Shown one piece after another: positions 1 to 10,593 of a DNA stretch of 64,000 nucleotides. Within the stretch, counting starts at the first letter, position 1, and each line of letters begins with the position of its first letter. A model generated the notes under the pieces. The model did no database searches. It was not told where the DNA came from and worked only from the letters and a program-made list of their open reading frames with translations. The stretch is from an uncultured cyanobacterium (GTDB lineage Bacteria; Cyanobacteriota; Cyanobacteriia; Cyanobacteriales; CAWUOF01): the NCBI GenBank assembly GCA_963744145.1, contig CAVUSO010000001.1, positions 2,752,001 through 2,816,000 on the forward strand, written 5' to 3'. The position numbers and the translations under genes are program-made.

Positions 1-1084
1 CATTGCTTTACTAGCTGAAGGTCGCTTAATCGCTTTGGATACTCCAGAAGTAATCTATTCCCAGGTGGAACTGATCGAAACTTACCAGCTGCGATCGCCG
101 GAAGTCTCACAAACCTTCTATCAGATTCGTCAGCGTGGTCTTCCGATCGCTGATATTCCTGTTGTTTTAGAAACGGGTATCCCTACTCTGGAACGCTTAC
201 AATCAGTCAGTCCAGCCGCACTACCACCGGAATTTCCACCCCCCAGTTCTAACCATCACTCGCCCATTCTTTCTACCCAAGACCTCACTCATATCTATCC
301 AGATGGCACTGAGGCTCTCCGCAATATTTCACTTGATATTTATGCTGGAGAGTATGTTTTAATTATTGGACAAAATGGCGCAGGCAAAAGTACCCTGGTC
401 AAGCATTTCTTGAATCTGTTACAACCAACGTCAGGAACAGTCAGGGTGCGCGATCGCGATACCAAAAATATGTCCGTGAGTGAGTTAGCCCAATCAATTG
501 GCTATCTTGCCCAAAATCCAGATAACCAGATTTTTAGCACCACCGTTGAACAAGAAGTTGCCTTTGCTCTGCCCTATCTGGGGTATTCATCAGAAGCAAG
601 CAAATCAGCCACAATGAAAAGTCTGAAAGCCATGCAATTGTGGCAGCATCGGGATGCCCATCCCCTCTCCTTACCCAAAGGAGAGCGTGCCCGGATTGTG
701 ATTGCGGCTCTCTTGGCTATGAATCCAGACACGATTATTTTTGATGAACCGACTATTGGACAGGATTTTCATGGCGCACGCGCTATTTTGGACATCACAA
801 GGCAGTTGCACCAGATGGGTAAAACTGTGATTGTGATTACCCATCACCTATATTTAATGCCTGACTATGCTCAACGGGTAATTGTGATGGGGCAGGGAAC
901 AATTTTGCTGGATGCCCCGCTGCGTCAAGCATATCATCAAACCAAATTGTTGCAATCGACTTATCTGGTGCCGCCCCAGTCTGTGCTGTTGGCACAACAT
1001 CTCAGCCACCTGGTTCATCAGGACTATCCCCTGGTCACACCCATAGAAGTCGCCGATTTGTACAGTCCACAAACATTGGAGTAG
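1..1084 (+). CDS. ECF transporter ATP-binding protein (C-terminal ATPase domain of a probable dual-ATPase protein; 5' end probably outside window)
   Basis: Walker A GQNGAGKST, QNPDNQIF Q-loop, DEPT Walker B; followed by an EcfT-like gene. Confidence 0.85.
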   Translation, partial: IALLAEGRLIALDTPEVIYSQVELIETYQLRSPEVSQTFYQIRQRGLPIADIPVVLETGIPTLERLQSVSPAALPPEFPPPSSNHHSPILSTQDLTHIYPDGTEALRNISLDIYAGEYVLIIGQNGAGKSTLVKHFLNLLQPTSGTVRVRDRDTKNMSVSELAQSIGYLAQNPDNQIFSTTVEQEVAFALPYLGYSSEASKSATMKSLKAMQLWQHRDAHPLSLPKGERARIVIAALLAMNPDTIIFDEPTIGQDFHGARAILDITRQLHQMGKTVIVITHHLYLMPDYAQRVIVMGQGTILLDAPLRQAYHQTKLLQSTYLVPPQSVLLAQHLSHLVHQDYPLVTPIEVADLYSPQTLE

Positions 1085-1086
1085 CT

Positions 1087-1947
1087 ATGGGAAGTTCAAA
1101 ATTTCAGACCGTTAAGTATGATTCCATCTTTACCCAGTTAGACTTCCGGACAAAGTTAGTCATCATTGGGGTGGTTACCCTAATTGCATTTCTGTGGCAA
1201 AGTCCGATCGCTGGAGGCTCATTGACCATAGGTGTGGCCATTGCCTGTATTGTGGCAGGGGTAAGACTAGACTATCTGGTAGTGATTTTGAAATTCATGG
1301 TGCCGTTTTATATTTTCTTGCTCCTGATTATGGGCTTCTTTAGTGGTATCCAGGTGCAATCCTTAATGGGAAATATGGAACTGACCCCAATCCTAATTTT
1401 GCCCAAAAACTGGTGGTTGATTGGGGGAGGAACTATGACTCTAGAAGGGCTTTTATACGGTCTGAATATCGTGTTTAAGACATTAACTATGATCTTGGTG
1501 ATTCCCTTGGGTATCTTTACCACTAATGTCAACCAGATCACTGTTAGTCTAGTGCAAATTCGTGTTCCTTACAAAATTCTGTTTATCTTCACTTCTACCC
1601 TGCGGTTTGTGCCATTTCTGCTCGAAGAGGTGCAATCTATCCTTGACGCTCAACGGTTACGAGGATTGAACTTGCAAAAAATGAACTGGTTCAAACGAGG
1701 AAAAATCTATGCTGCAATTGGAGTACCACTGATTTTGAATGCCATGGCTAAGTCACAAAAGCTGGAAATTGTCTTGCAATCTAAGGCGTTTTCTGGTAGC
1801 TCAAATCGGACTTATCTCCATGAGACGTTTTTGACTTATACTGATTATGCCATTATGGTGATTTTTGGGGTTTTTTTGGTGCTGGCGATCGCCCTATATT
1901 TTACCTGGGGAATAGGTAAATTTGCCTGGTTATTGAGTACAGTTTGA
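1087..1947 (+). CDS. ecfT: ECF transporter transmembrane component T
   Basis: LDFRTKL N-terminus, multiple TM segments, LRFVP..AQRLRG coupling motif. Confidence 0.85.
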   Translation: MGSSKFQTVKYDSIFTQLDFRTKLVIIGVVTLIAFLWQSPIAGGSLTIGVAIACIVAGVRLDYLVVILKFMVPFYIFLLLIMGFFSGIQVQSLMGNMELTPILILPKNWWLIGGGTMTLEGLLYGLNIVFKTLTMILVIPLGIFTTNVNQITVSLVQIRVPYKILFIFTSTLRFVPFLLEEVQSILDAQRLRGLNLQKMNWFKRGKIYAAIGVPLILNAMAKSQKLEIVLQSKAFSGSSNRTYLHETFLTYTDYAIMVIFGVFLVLAIALYFTWGIGKFAWLLSTV

Positions 1948-2006
1948 TTGGGCTAATAGTAGCCGATATTGTTAATATTAACACCGATAAAATTATGCTG
2001 GTCCTA

Positions 2007-2034
2007 GTAGGGGCGTATGGCAATACGCCCCTAC
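2007..2034. repeat. GTAG-type REP-like palindrome
   Basis: GTAGGGGCGTATGGCAATACGCCCCTAC; related copies at 26584, 45778, 45952 and ~60630. Confidence 0.8.
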
Positions 2035-2070
2035 ACAATACGCAGTTCACTCAACATTTGTTCGACTCAA

Positions 2071-2088
2071 TGTAGCAGTTATGCTACA
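2071..2088. promoter_or_regulatory. Perfect inverted repeat upstream of the ssuA operon, possible operator
   Basis: TGTAGCA-GTTA-TGCTACA about 100 nt upstream of ssuA. Confidence 0.3.
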
Positions 2089-2184
2089 AATTAACTCGTA
2101 AGGGATGGGCTATACTAGGAGCGCCTAAAGGATAAGTCGCTAGATTTTTACAAGTATAAAAATCATCTGTAGAAGAAACTCAAA

Positions 2185-3267
2185 ATGCCAAATAGAAAAA
2201 CTAAAAGCAGAAAACCTGGTTTGTTTAGCCGCAGGCTTTTTACAAGCTGGCTACTATCTTTCGCTACCATTTTTTGCCTTGTGACTGTCAACAGTTGTGT
2301 GAATAATCAGTCAACTTCACCAGCTAACACTCAGCCCAATAACAATCCAGTTAATCCAGCACAAGTTAGTAAACCAGATAAAATTAAATTGGATTATGCC
2401 TATTACAATCCTGTTAGTTTGGTCATTAAAGAGAAAGGTTGGTTAGAAGAAGAAGTCGGCAAAGATCATGTCTTAGTGGAATGGGTATTGAGCCAAGGGA
2501 GTAATAAAGCTTTAGAATTTTTGAATAGTAGTAGTGTAGATTTTGGCTCTACTGCTGGAGCTGCTGCTCTAATTGGTAAAGCAAATGGAAATCCAATTAA
2601 GTCGATTTATGTCTATTCCAAACCCGAATGGACAGCATTGGTGGTAAAGGCAAATTCTCCGATCAACACTGTACCTGATCTCAAAAGCAAGAAAATAGCT
2701 GCTACTCGTGGTACTGATCCATTTATTTTCTTGCTGCGAGCTTTAGATAAATTCGGTTTGAGCGATAAAGATGTGGAGATTGTGCCATTACAACACGCTG
2801 ATGGTAAGGCTGCTTTAGAAAAGGGAGATGTGGATGCTTGGGCAGGACTCGATCCCCTGATGGCGAAATCTGAGGTTGAGCAAAGATCGCGTTTGTTTTT
2901 CCGCGAAACTTCTTTTAATAGTTATGGTGTTCTAAATGTGCGTGAAGCTTTTGCAAAGGAATATCCAGATTATGTCACAAGGGTGTTAAAGGTTTACGAA
3001 AAAGGAAGAAATTGGGCATTAAAAAACCCAGCTGAATTTAAACAAATTTTGCTCAAGGCTTCTAATTTAACTGATGCTGTTGCTACTAAACAATTAGAAC
3101 GTACTGATCTATCTAATTCGGCAATTGGTGAAGAACAGAAAGCGGTAATTTTGGCAGCAGGTGATGTGCTGAAAAAAAGTGGTGTCATTAAAGCGGAAAT
3201 TAATGTGCCTCAAGTAGTTAGTGATCTTGTCGATCCGCAGTTTTCGGCAAAATTGGCAAACCCATAG
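2185..3267 (+). CDS. ssuA: Aliphatic sulfonate ABC transporter substrate-binding lipoprotein
   Basis: DYAYYNPVSLV, GSNKALEFL, DAWAGLDP motifs; lipobox-like VNSC; followed by permease and ATPase. Confidence 0.85.
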   Translation: MPNRKTKSRKPGLFSRRLFTSWLLSFATIFCLVTVNSCVNNQSTSPANTQPNNNPVNPAQVSKPDKIKLDYAYYNPVSLVIKEKGWLEEEVGKDHVLVEWVLSQGSNKALEFLNSSSVDFGSTAGAAALIGKANGNPIKSIYVYSKPEWTALVVKANSPINTVPDLKSKKIAATRGTDPFIFLLRALDKFGLSDKDVEIVPLQHADGKAALEKGDVDAWAGLDPLMAKSEVEQRSRLFFRETSFNSYGVLNVREAFAKEYPDYVTRVLKVYEKGRNWALKNPAEFKQILLKASNLTDAVATKQLERTDLSNSAIGEEQKAVILAAGDVLKKSGVIKAEINVPQVVSDLVDPQFSAKLANP

Positions 3268-3281
3268 GAAATACTTGACAT

Positions 3282-3710
3282 ATGGGATTAGATAATATGA
3301 GTAATTCTCGATCGCATCATGGATTGGAAGAAAATTTCAGAGTCTATTTAAGCTTGATGAGTGGTATTCAATCAGTCGATCGCAAGTTAGTAGAAGTCGG
3401 CAAAATCTATCGTTTAAGTACATTACAACTGATTCAACGTGTGTTTTTACCTGCAACTATCCCTGACTATATAGTAGGATTACGGAGCGGGTTGGGACTG
3501 GGTTGGATGTTTGTGGTAGCCGCAGAATTGATGGGAGCAAGTCAGGGACTAGGATTTTTGTTAGTGGATGGACAAACTACCGGTCGTCCTGAACTAACCC
3601 TTGCTAGCATTCTTTTATTTGCAGTATTGGGCAAAATTACCGATGGAGCGATCGCTTTTATATCCAAACGTTGTCTATTTTGGCAAGATACCTATAGGTC
3701 ACACAATTAG
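3282..3710 (+). pseudogene. ssuC: Sulfonate ABC permease, N-terminally truncated
   Basis: Only the C-terminal half (GIQSVDRKLVEVG, GLRSGLGLGWMFVVAAE) is present; 142 aa and no room upstream for the N-terminal TM helices. Confidence 0.75.
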
Positions 3711-3732
3711 GAATCGTCATTAGAAGTTTCTC

Positions 3733-4488
3733 ATGCTATTAATTGAAGGTCTACATAAGCGATTTAGTAACGGTTTTGTTGGCTTGGAATCGATTAATCT
3801 AACTATTAACAAAACTGAAATTGTGAGTTTAATCGGTACAAGTGGCTGTGGCAAAAGTACCATCTTGCGGATTATTGCGGGATTAGATTGTCCGACGAGT
3901 GGCACAGTGCGAATTGATCATCAACTGATCAATCAACCCCATCCAGATATTAATATTATTTTCCAAGAAGCACGTCTAATGCCTTGGTTAACAGTTTGGG
4001 AAAATATCCAGTTTGGCTTACAACATTTGTCCCGATCGCGTCGTAATCTATTAACAGGTGAAATTATTACCAAGGTGGGGTTAACAGAATTTGCTCAACT
4101 CTTACCCCGACAATTATCGGGTGGGATGTCGCAACGGGTAGCGATCGCCCGCGCTCTAGTTACACAACCTTCAATTTTGCTTTTAGATGAACCTTTTAGT
4201 GCTTTAGATGCGTTTACCAGACTGAATTTACAAGATCATTTACTGCAAATCTGGAATTATGATCACCCAACCATGATTCTAGTTACCCATGATGTCGAAG
4301 AAGCCCTAATATTAAGCGATCGGGTGATTGTGCTACGCGGTAATCCTGGACGAATTCATCAGGAATTTGCGATCGATCTACCCCGTCCACGCAGGCGGAC
4401 CGACCAACACCTACAATATTGGAAAGAACAACTATTAGATGCCTTAGACCTATCGACAAGCTATCCTAGTCAAATACAATTCAGTTAA
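3733..4488 (+). CDS. ssuB: Sulfonate/nitrate-type ABC transporter ATP-binding protein
   Basis: GTSGCGKST, LSGGM, LLDEPFSALD, LPRPR. Confidence 0.85.
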   Translation: MLLIEGLHKRFSNGFVGLESINLTINKTEIVSLIGTSGCGKSTILRIIAGLDCPTSGTVRIDHQLINQPHPDINIIFQEARLMPWLTVWENIQFGLQHLSRSRRNLLTGEIITKVGLTEFAQLLPRQLSGGMSQRVAIARALVTQPSILLLDEPFSALDAFTRLNLQDHLLQIWNYDHPTMILVTHDVEEALILSDRVIVLRGNPGRIHQEFAIDLPRPRRRTDQHLQYWKEQLLDALDLSTSYPSQIQFS

Positions 4489-4604
4489 GTGTAGGGGCGA
4501 AGCATTCGGGCGATAATATATCACTTAAAGCGATTAATATGATATCCGAATGCTTCGCCCTTCTTTGCCGATATCTCCCAAAAAAACTTAACTGAACCGT
4601 ATTG
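4472..4604. mobile_element. MITE-like element with internal REP-like hairpin
   Basis: Ends AAATACAATTCAGTTAAG / CTTAACTGAACCGTATTG; internal GGGCGAAGCATTCGG...CCGAATGCTTCGCCC (4491-4560); supplies the ssuB stop codon. Confidence 0.7.
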
Positions 4605-4632
4605 CATTCTAGTCAAACTAGAAGATATTGAT

Positions 4633-5619
4633 TTAAGGAGATGATGTGGGAGAAGGACTCGGAGTTGGAGTCTCCGTGGAAGACGGAGTTGGAGTCACAG
4701 GAGCAGCAGAACTCGGAGTCGGAGTCACAGGAGCAGCAGAACTCGGAGCTGGAGTCACAGGAGCAGCAGAACTCGGAGCTGGAGTTGGATCAACCGCAGG
4801 ATTAGCTGAAGCTAGTTCCTTAATTTTATCTTTGAACCGGGCTGGAGCTAAATCGATCGCAGAAGCAAACAAAGGTTTAGCTTCTTCAACTCTACCCTGT
4901 TGTTTGAGGACTAAAGCTTTAGCAAAGATGGGACGCCAATCCTTTTGATTATCTTTAATTAGCCCATCATAGGTAGCGATCGCTTCATCATAACGCTGTT
5001 GTTGAGCATAAACACTCCCCAAAATTAACTGAACCGAAAGTACATCAACAGTATTAGGTTTGGCTTGATTAAATTGAGGAGCAGTTTTGATTGTATCTTG
5101 GAGAACACCGATCGCCGCTTCTGGGCGCTTTTGTTCTAGTAACAACCCGACTAATCCTTGCAAGGCTTCCACATTACCAGGATTAGTAGCCATGATACTA
5201 CGATAAGTCTGAGCTGCTCCTTCCAAATCATTCAAATACTGTTTAGCTTGGGCTAGAAGTATGCCATAACGAGGTTGATCGGGATTCAGTTTCACCAGCT
5301 TTTCTAAAGGGTCAATCGTCGTCCGGACATCACCCTGTCCAGACTGAATCATTTCTAGACGTACCTGTAACAAACCCTTTAATGCAGTTTGATTTTCCGA
5401 TTCCCGTTGCAAAACCAATTCATAACCCTTTTCCTGGGCTTTGAGTTCTTCTAACTTTTTCGAGTTTCCTGACACCTGAGAGGGGGTCGATGTCGCCGCC
5501 TTTGGCCCAGGAGTAGCTTGAATAGCACTTAAATAGGGAGCTAAAGAAAACCCTAGAAAGGCAATGATGCCAAGCACCATCACCACTTTAATCAGCCAAC
5601 GACCACGTTTTTCAGACAC
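4633..5619 (-). CDS. TPR-repeat protein with N-terminal TM/signal segment and Pro/Ser/Thr-rich tail
   Basis: TPR helices; about four 30-nt repeats (PSSAAPVTP) at ~4640-4790. Confidence 0.8.
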   Translation of the reverse strand: MSEKRGRWLIKVVMVLGIIAFLGFSLAPYLSAIQATPGPKAATSTPSQVSGNSKKLEELKAQEKGYELVLQRESENQTALKGLLQVRLEMIQSGQGDVRTTIDPLEKLVKLNPDQPRYGILLAQAKQYLNDLEGAAQTYRSIMATNPGNVEALQGLVGLLLEQKRPEAAIGVLQDTIKTAPQFNQAKPNTVDVLSVQLILGSVYAQQQRYDEAIATYDGLIKDNQKDWRPIFAKALVLKQQGRVEEAKPLFASAIDLAPARFKDKIKELASANPAVDPTPAPSSAAPVTPAPSSAAPVTPTPSSAAPVTPTPSSTETPTPSPSPTSSP

Positions 5620-5887
5620 AAAAATGTTTTGAACTCAGCTATCATCTATCATCTATTATCTTTCATCTTTGATTAAAGCCGTAACCAAAGAGCTGAAAGT
5701 TGTATTGATGAATAACCGTCATCACGATCATCTGCGTTACCAACTTGCAAATCCATTAATCTGGGAAGCTGCTCCTAAACTAGAAAGTAGATATCCTTTA
5801 CGGATCAGCCTAGAGCGCAGTTGCATTCATTAAAATAAGCTGACTCATGGGATCATGCGTCCATTGTGCCAATAAAGCGATTGCTTA

Positions 5888-7065
5888 TGAGTTCCTCACC
5901 TAACCCCTCCCCCAAACGCCCTAAAAAACTAGTCTCTGAACCAAAGGGGACTTCTAATCAGGCTGCAATTGAGCCGCAATCTGCTGCGGTTCCTCCGAAA
6001 AACCTAATTGCTCATCAGGTGGCAATTGAGCCGCAATCCTTTGCGGTCCCTCCGAACCAGCCAGTTGCTGAACAAGTAGCCACTCCCCCACTGGTGGCGG
6101 TCCCTCCGAAAAAGACAGTTGTAGCGGAGGAAGTAACTAAAGCTGAACCAGTTGTGGTTACTCCCCCAGTCTCTAAGGAAACTTCATCAAAGACCCCTCT
6201 TACTGTAGTGGGGATCATTAGTTCTACCGAGACCCAGAGTCCATCTTTAGAAACCACGGAAGAAATCAATCTACGTCAACACCCAATTCCACCGCCGAGC
6301 GAACCAATGCAATATCGAGCGATCGGCTTGATTCGTGGTCGCTATACTTCTTCAAGTGAACAATTCACTCAAGGAACTTTGCTCACTAGCGATGGAACAG
6401 CGATTGATGCTGTGCTATTGGGCCGAATTATGAGTTTAGTCAAAAACCATTTGAATTTAGAAGAGGAACATCTGTGGGTAGTTTATCCTCGAACTAGACA
6501 ACAGGATAATAACCTCCATGCTCAAATTGTCGGAGTTTGGGAACCGGAAACCCTTGCGTCTGACCATTCATCATCCACGGAAACAGTCCCTGAGAAAGAA
6601 TTAGTCGGAAGTTCAGAAAATGTAACTAATCCGACCGTTGAAGATGACTATTTTTCGATTCGTGGGGAGGTAATTTTTCAAGGTCAAGATCCAGCCCATG
6701 TAATTGTGAAAATTAAACAAGCAGCTCGTAAACCAGCCGAAGGACCGAAGTTTTTTAAATTGAAACTGACAGGTACTTTAGCTGGAAAAGCGATCGGACA
6801 TTTTTGGGAATTTCATGTGCGACGACAGGATAATAATCTGGAAATTCAAGCGAGTCAGGATATTGGTCTTTTACCACCCACTAAAAAGCCAAAAGGAGCA
6901 GCTAAAGGTCGTCCAGGTGTAAAGAAACCTTGGAATACCAATCGTCCACCTCGAAAAGATTACCAATCGACGACGGAAGCACCATCCCTAGCACACAAAG
7001 ATCCGCTACCAAAACCAATTAAAAAGGTGGAACGTCCGGTTAAGCGTCCCCTTAACCCAGAGTAA
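5888..7065 (+). CDS. Conserved cyanobacterial hypothetical protein with low-complexity N-terminus
   Basis: PIPPPSEPMQYRAIGL and LWVVYPRT core; ATG at 5888 preferred over GTG at 5866. Confidence 0.7.
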
Positions 7066-8233
7066 TCTGCGAACCCCACAAATCTTGGGGTAAAAAAGCT
7101 CGCTCTGTGGGAATTGGTGCTACTGGTTCAGTGAGGGTAAATTGACCAATAGTGATCCACTGTTTTAATTCCAGTGCTACCTGACGGGAGAGGTGGATAC
7201 TAGCTAGGGGAGCAACCCGGATATTTTTTCCCTCAATATTGATCCGACCAGTTTTTAACTGAGCATAATTCACTAAGCCAAATGTAGGACGAACGCGTCG
7301 GGGAATGGAAAAATCCACAACCGGCGCTACTAAGTCTTGATCTTTGATGCTACAATGGGCTACTACTTCTTCATTCAATACTGGTAAGGGTAAACCAACT
7401 CCTAGCATTAAGGATGCACCGTAATGTTTAAAGTAACAGCCCCTCACCCATTTGGCTTGCATCTGTTTAGCGTCACCGATTAAGGCTAAAGTAGCTGCTG
7501 GACCGATGGGAGTATGATTAGGTAAGCGTTTTTGTAAGGGAAAATGTTGAGTTCCTTCCCAAGCAATATAGCCAATTCCACCTCCCAAAAAGATCCGACT
7601 CCCTATTCCGATTAATTGCAATTCTGGATCATTGAGTAAGGGGGAAATAGCTCCGGTATTGGAATAAACAGCATTACCTAAATGAGGTTGTAGTGGTCCA
7701 AGATAGGTGTAAAGTTGCCGATCGCCACCATTCACACCGACGATAAAGTTTTGATATAGATTACGTGGGTTATACAAATAAAACTGATTGATCGTATCTC
7801 GACTAATGTGAGTTTCAAAGGAAGGACGAGGATAGCAGTCAGTTACTTGACCAATTGCTCGCAAATGAACCGATTTTCCCGCAATTAGGTCTTCGATGAC
7901 ATGACCCCCACCCCGATCGCGAGATTCTTCTCCATCGGTGGTTTCCCGGACCTGTGTGGCTCCTAAATATAGATCAACAGCACCAAATCCAGAATAAGCT
8001 AAAACTCCATCTAACCAACAGGAACGAATCTTAATTGGTGGATCGGTATGTCCTAAGTTGATTATCGCTCCAGAAGATTCCATTGGCTCAAAAGTACCAG
8101 TGGTAATCACATCTACTTCTTTAGCTGTTTTTGTGATCCCAATTTCGGCGACTCGGGCTTTTAATTCTTCGATCGTTAATACTACTACACTACGACGGTT
8201 AATTTTGTCGTTAATATCGGCAATGGTTCGCAT
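7052..8233 (-). CDS. Homocysteine biosynthesis protein (DUF39 / aspartate-semialdehyde sulfurtransferase family)
   Basis: MRTIADIN..VDVITTGTF..GHTDPPIK..GGGHVIEDL..TDCYPR..NPRN motifs. Confidence 0.8.
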   Translation of the reverse strand: MRTIADINDKINRRSVVVLTIEELKARVAEIGITKTAKEVDVITTGTFEPMESSGAIINLGHTDPPIKIRSCWLDGVLAYSGFGAVDLYLGATQVRETTDGEESRDRGGGHVIEDLIAGKSVHLRAIGQVTDCYPRPSFETHISRDTINQFYLYNPRNLYQNFIVGVNGGDRQLYTYLGPLQPHLGNAVYSNTGAISPLLNDPELQLIGIGSRIFLGGGIGYIAWEGTQHFPLQKRLPNHTPIGPAATLALIGDAKQMQAKWVRGCYFKHYGASLMLGVGLPLPVLNEEVVAHCSIKDQDLVAPVVDFSIPRRVRPTFGLVNYAQLKTGRINIEGKNIRVAPLASIHLSRQVALELKQWITIGQFTLTEPVAPIPTERAFLPQDLWGSQITLG

Positions 8234-8236
8234 AGT

Positions 8237-8455
8237 TTACTCTTTTTCACCAAAAGATACTTTTGGTGTCTTACCAGTTAGCAACAACCGTCCCCCCAAT
8301 ATTATGACCATAATTAGGGCTGGTAAAATCACAGCGATCGCCACATTAATAGTACCAGGAGCGATCGCTAAAAATGGTCCACCATATTTAATCGCGACAG
8401 ACAAAACCGTAGATAGAAGCAAGACCTTCGATACAAAACCAATATTACTATCCAT
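8237..8455 (-). CDS. Small two-TM hypothetical protein
   Basis: 72 aa hydrophobic ORF with IKYGGP motif, 3 nt upstream of the DUF39 gene. Confidence 0.65.
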   Translation of the reverse strand: MDSNIGFVSKVLLLSTVLSVAIKYGGPFLAIAPGTINVAIAVILPALIMVIILGGRLLLTGKTPKVSFGEKE

Positions 8456-8578
8456 ATTGTACGGAAATAACCATGTTTAAGGGCGTAGACACCGATCACC
8501 AGCGATCGATCTTAATTTTATACAATGACTAAAAGAATCGGGGATCAATATTGTTGTCCAGTAAGGAAATATAAAAAA

Positions 8579-10510
8579 ATGCCTGTTGATACCAATGCTA
8601 ATCGTCCCATGAAAATGCCTAAACCAAAGCAGTTGGGTGGTAGTTTACTCATTTTGATTACCATTCTATTTCTTGTGAACATCATACCTGGTTTAGGGGG
8701 CAAGCAGTATGCCATGATGGGCTACAGTGACTTTATCAACAAGGTGCAAGCTGATCAAGTGGAAGAAGCTCTGATCACACCCAATGAAATTCGCTTTGTG
8801 CTTAAAGCTACAGACAAAAACCAGACTCGACTCATTTATGCTACTACTCCAGTTCCAGTAGACTTGGATTTACCCAAGATTCTCCGGGAGCATAACGTGA
8901 AGTTTGAAGCACCACCCCCCAATAATACTGGTTGGATTTCTGCTCTATTAAGTTGGGTTGTTCCACCATTAATTTTCTTTGGAATTTGGAGTTGGTTGCT
9001 CAATCGTCAAAGTGGTGCTGGACCCGCAGCACTTACTGTGGGTAAAAGTAAAGCAAGAATCTATTCAGAAGGTTTGACAGGAGTAAAATTTGCTGATGTC
9101 GCTGGAGTAGATGAAGCTAAGTTTGAACTCCAAGAAATTGTTGATTTTCTCAAAAATGCTAGTAAATATACCCTATTAGGAGCTAAAATTCCCAAAGGTG
9201 TCTTGTTAGTAGGACCTCCTGGTACAGGTAAAACTTTATTAGCAAAAGCGATCGCTGGTGAAGCAGGTGTTCCCTTTTTTAGTATTTCTGGTTCGGAATT
9301 TATTGAGTTATTTGTCGGTGTCGGTGCATCACGGGTAAGAGATCTGTTTGAACAAGCAAAAAAACAAGCTCCTTGTATTGTTTTTATTGATGAGTTAGAT
9401 GCTCTCGGTAAATCTCGGGGTGGTAATACTCCTTTTGGTGGTGGTAATGATGAAAGAGAACAAACTCTCAATCAGTTACTGACTGAAATGGATGGTTTTG
9501 ATGCTAATACTGGGGTAATTCTCCTAGCCGCAACTAATCGTCCGGAAGTGTTAGACTCAGCTTTACGTCGTCCTGGTCGATTCGATCGTCAAATAGTGGT
9601 AGATCGTCCTGATAAAATTGGTCGGGAAGCAATTCTGCAAGTTCATGCCAGAAATGTTAAATTAGCTCCTGAAGTTGATTTAGCTACGATCGCGATCCGT
9701 ACCCCTGGTTTTGCTGGAGCTGATTTAGCGAATTTGGTGAATGAAGCAGCTCTATTAGCAGCACGTCAAAACCGTACTTCAGTAACTCAAGCTGATTTTA
9801 ATGAAGCGATCGAACGAGTAATTGGTGGATTAGAGAAAAAATCCCGTGTTCTGAATGAAGTTGAGAAAAAGACTGTTGCTTATCATGAAGTTGGTCATGC
9901 TTTAATTGCAGCTTTAATGCCTGGTGCTGGTAAAGTAGAAAAAATTTCGATCGTACCTCGTGGTGTTGGTGCTTTAGGATATACTTTACAACTACCAGAA
10001 GAAGATCGATTTTTGATGGTAGAAGATGAAATTCGTGGTCGAATTGCTACGCTGTTGGGTGGTCGTGCTGCGGAAGAGTTAGTTTTTGGTAAGGTTTCGA
10101 CTGGTGCTAGTGATGATATTCAGAAAGCTACGGATTTAGCTGAACGAACGGTAACTCTTTATGGAATGAGTGATCACCTTGGTCCGGTAGCATTTGAGAA
10201 AACTCAGCAACAGTTTTTAGATGGATATACGAATCCTCGTCGTCCGGTTAGTCCGAAAATTGCGGAAGAAATTGACTGTGAAGTTAAGGAAATTCTTGAT
10301 AATGCTCATCATATTGCTTTAGCAGTTTTAGATCAAAACCATAATTTATTAGAAGAGGTCGCGCAAATGCTGTTACAAAATGAAATTATGGAAGGTAGTC
10401 AATTGCGATCGCACCTTGCTCAAGTTGTTGCTCCTTCAGAACTGAATGAATGGTTACGTTCTGGTAAGTTACCCGCAGGAACGCAAATGATGCAATCAAA
10501 GTTGGTGTAA
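8579..10510 (+). CDS. ftsH: ATP-dependent zinc metalloprotease FtsH (FtsH4-like clade)
   Basis: Two TM segments, [19 protein letters not shown] 8579 preceded by AAGGA. Confidence 0.95.
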   Translation: MPVDTNANRPMKMPKPKQLGGSLLILITILFLVNIIPGLGGKQYAMMGYSDFINKVQADQVEEALITPNEIRFVLKATDKNQTRLIYATTPVPVDLDLPKILREHNVKFEAPPPNNTGWISALLSWVVPPLIFFGIWSWLLNRQSGAGPAALTVGKSKARIYSEGLTGVKFADVAGVDEAKFELQEIVDFLKNASKYTLLGAKIPKGVLLVGPPGTGKTLLAKAIAGEAGVPFFSISGSEFIELFVGVGASRVRDLFEQAKKQAPCIVFIDELDALGKSRGGNTPFGGGNDEREQTLNQLLTEMDGFDANTGVILLAATNRPEVLDSALRRPGRFDRQIVVDRPDKIGREAILQVHARNVKLAPEVDLATIAIRTPGFAGADLANLVNEAALLAARQNRTSVTQADFNEAIERVIGGLEKKSRVLNEVEKKTVAYHEVGHALIAALMPGAGKVEKISIVPRGVGALGYTLQLPEEDRFLMVEDEIRGRIATLLGGRAAEELVFGKVSTGASDDIQKATDLAERTVTLYGMSDHLGPVAFEKTQQQFLDGYTNPRRPVSPKIAEEIDCEVKEILDNAHHIALAVLDQNHNLLEEVAQMLLQNEIMEGSQLRSHLAQVVAPSELNEWLRSGKLPAGTQMMQSKLV

Positions 10511-10593
10511 AATTATCATGATCATCCCACCTCAGCTAGGTGGGATATTTCTCATTCAAAAGTCTCCGACGATCGCACTATCAAAAAACTGCT

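Noticed and set aside
2071..2088. NtcA site
   Set aside because: Spacing is GTA-N10-TAC rather than N8
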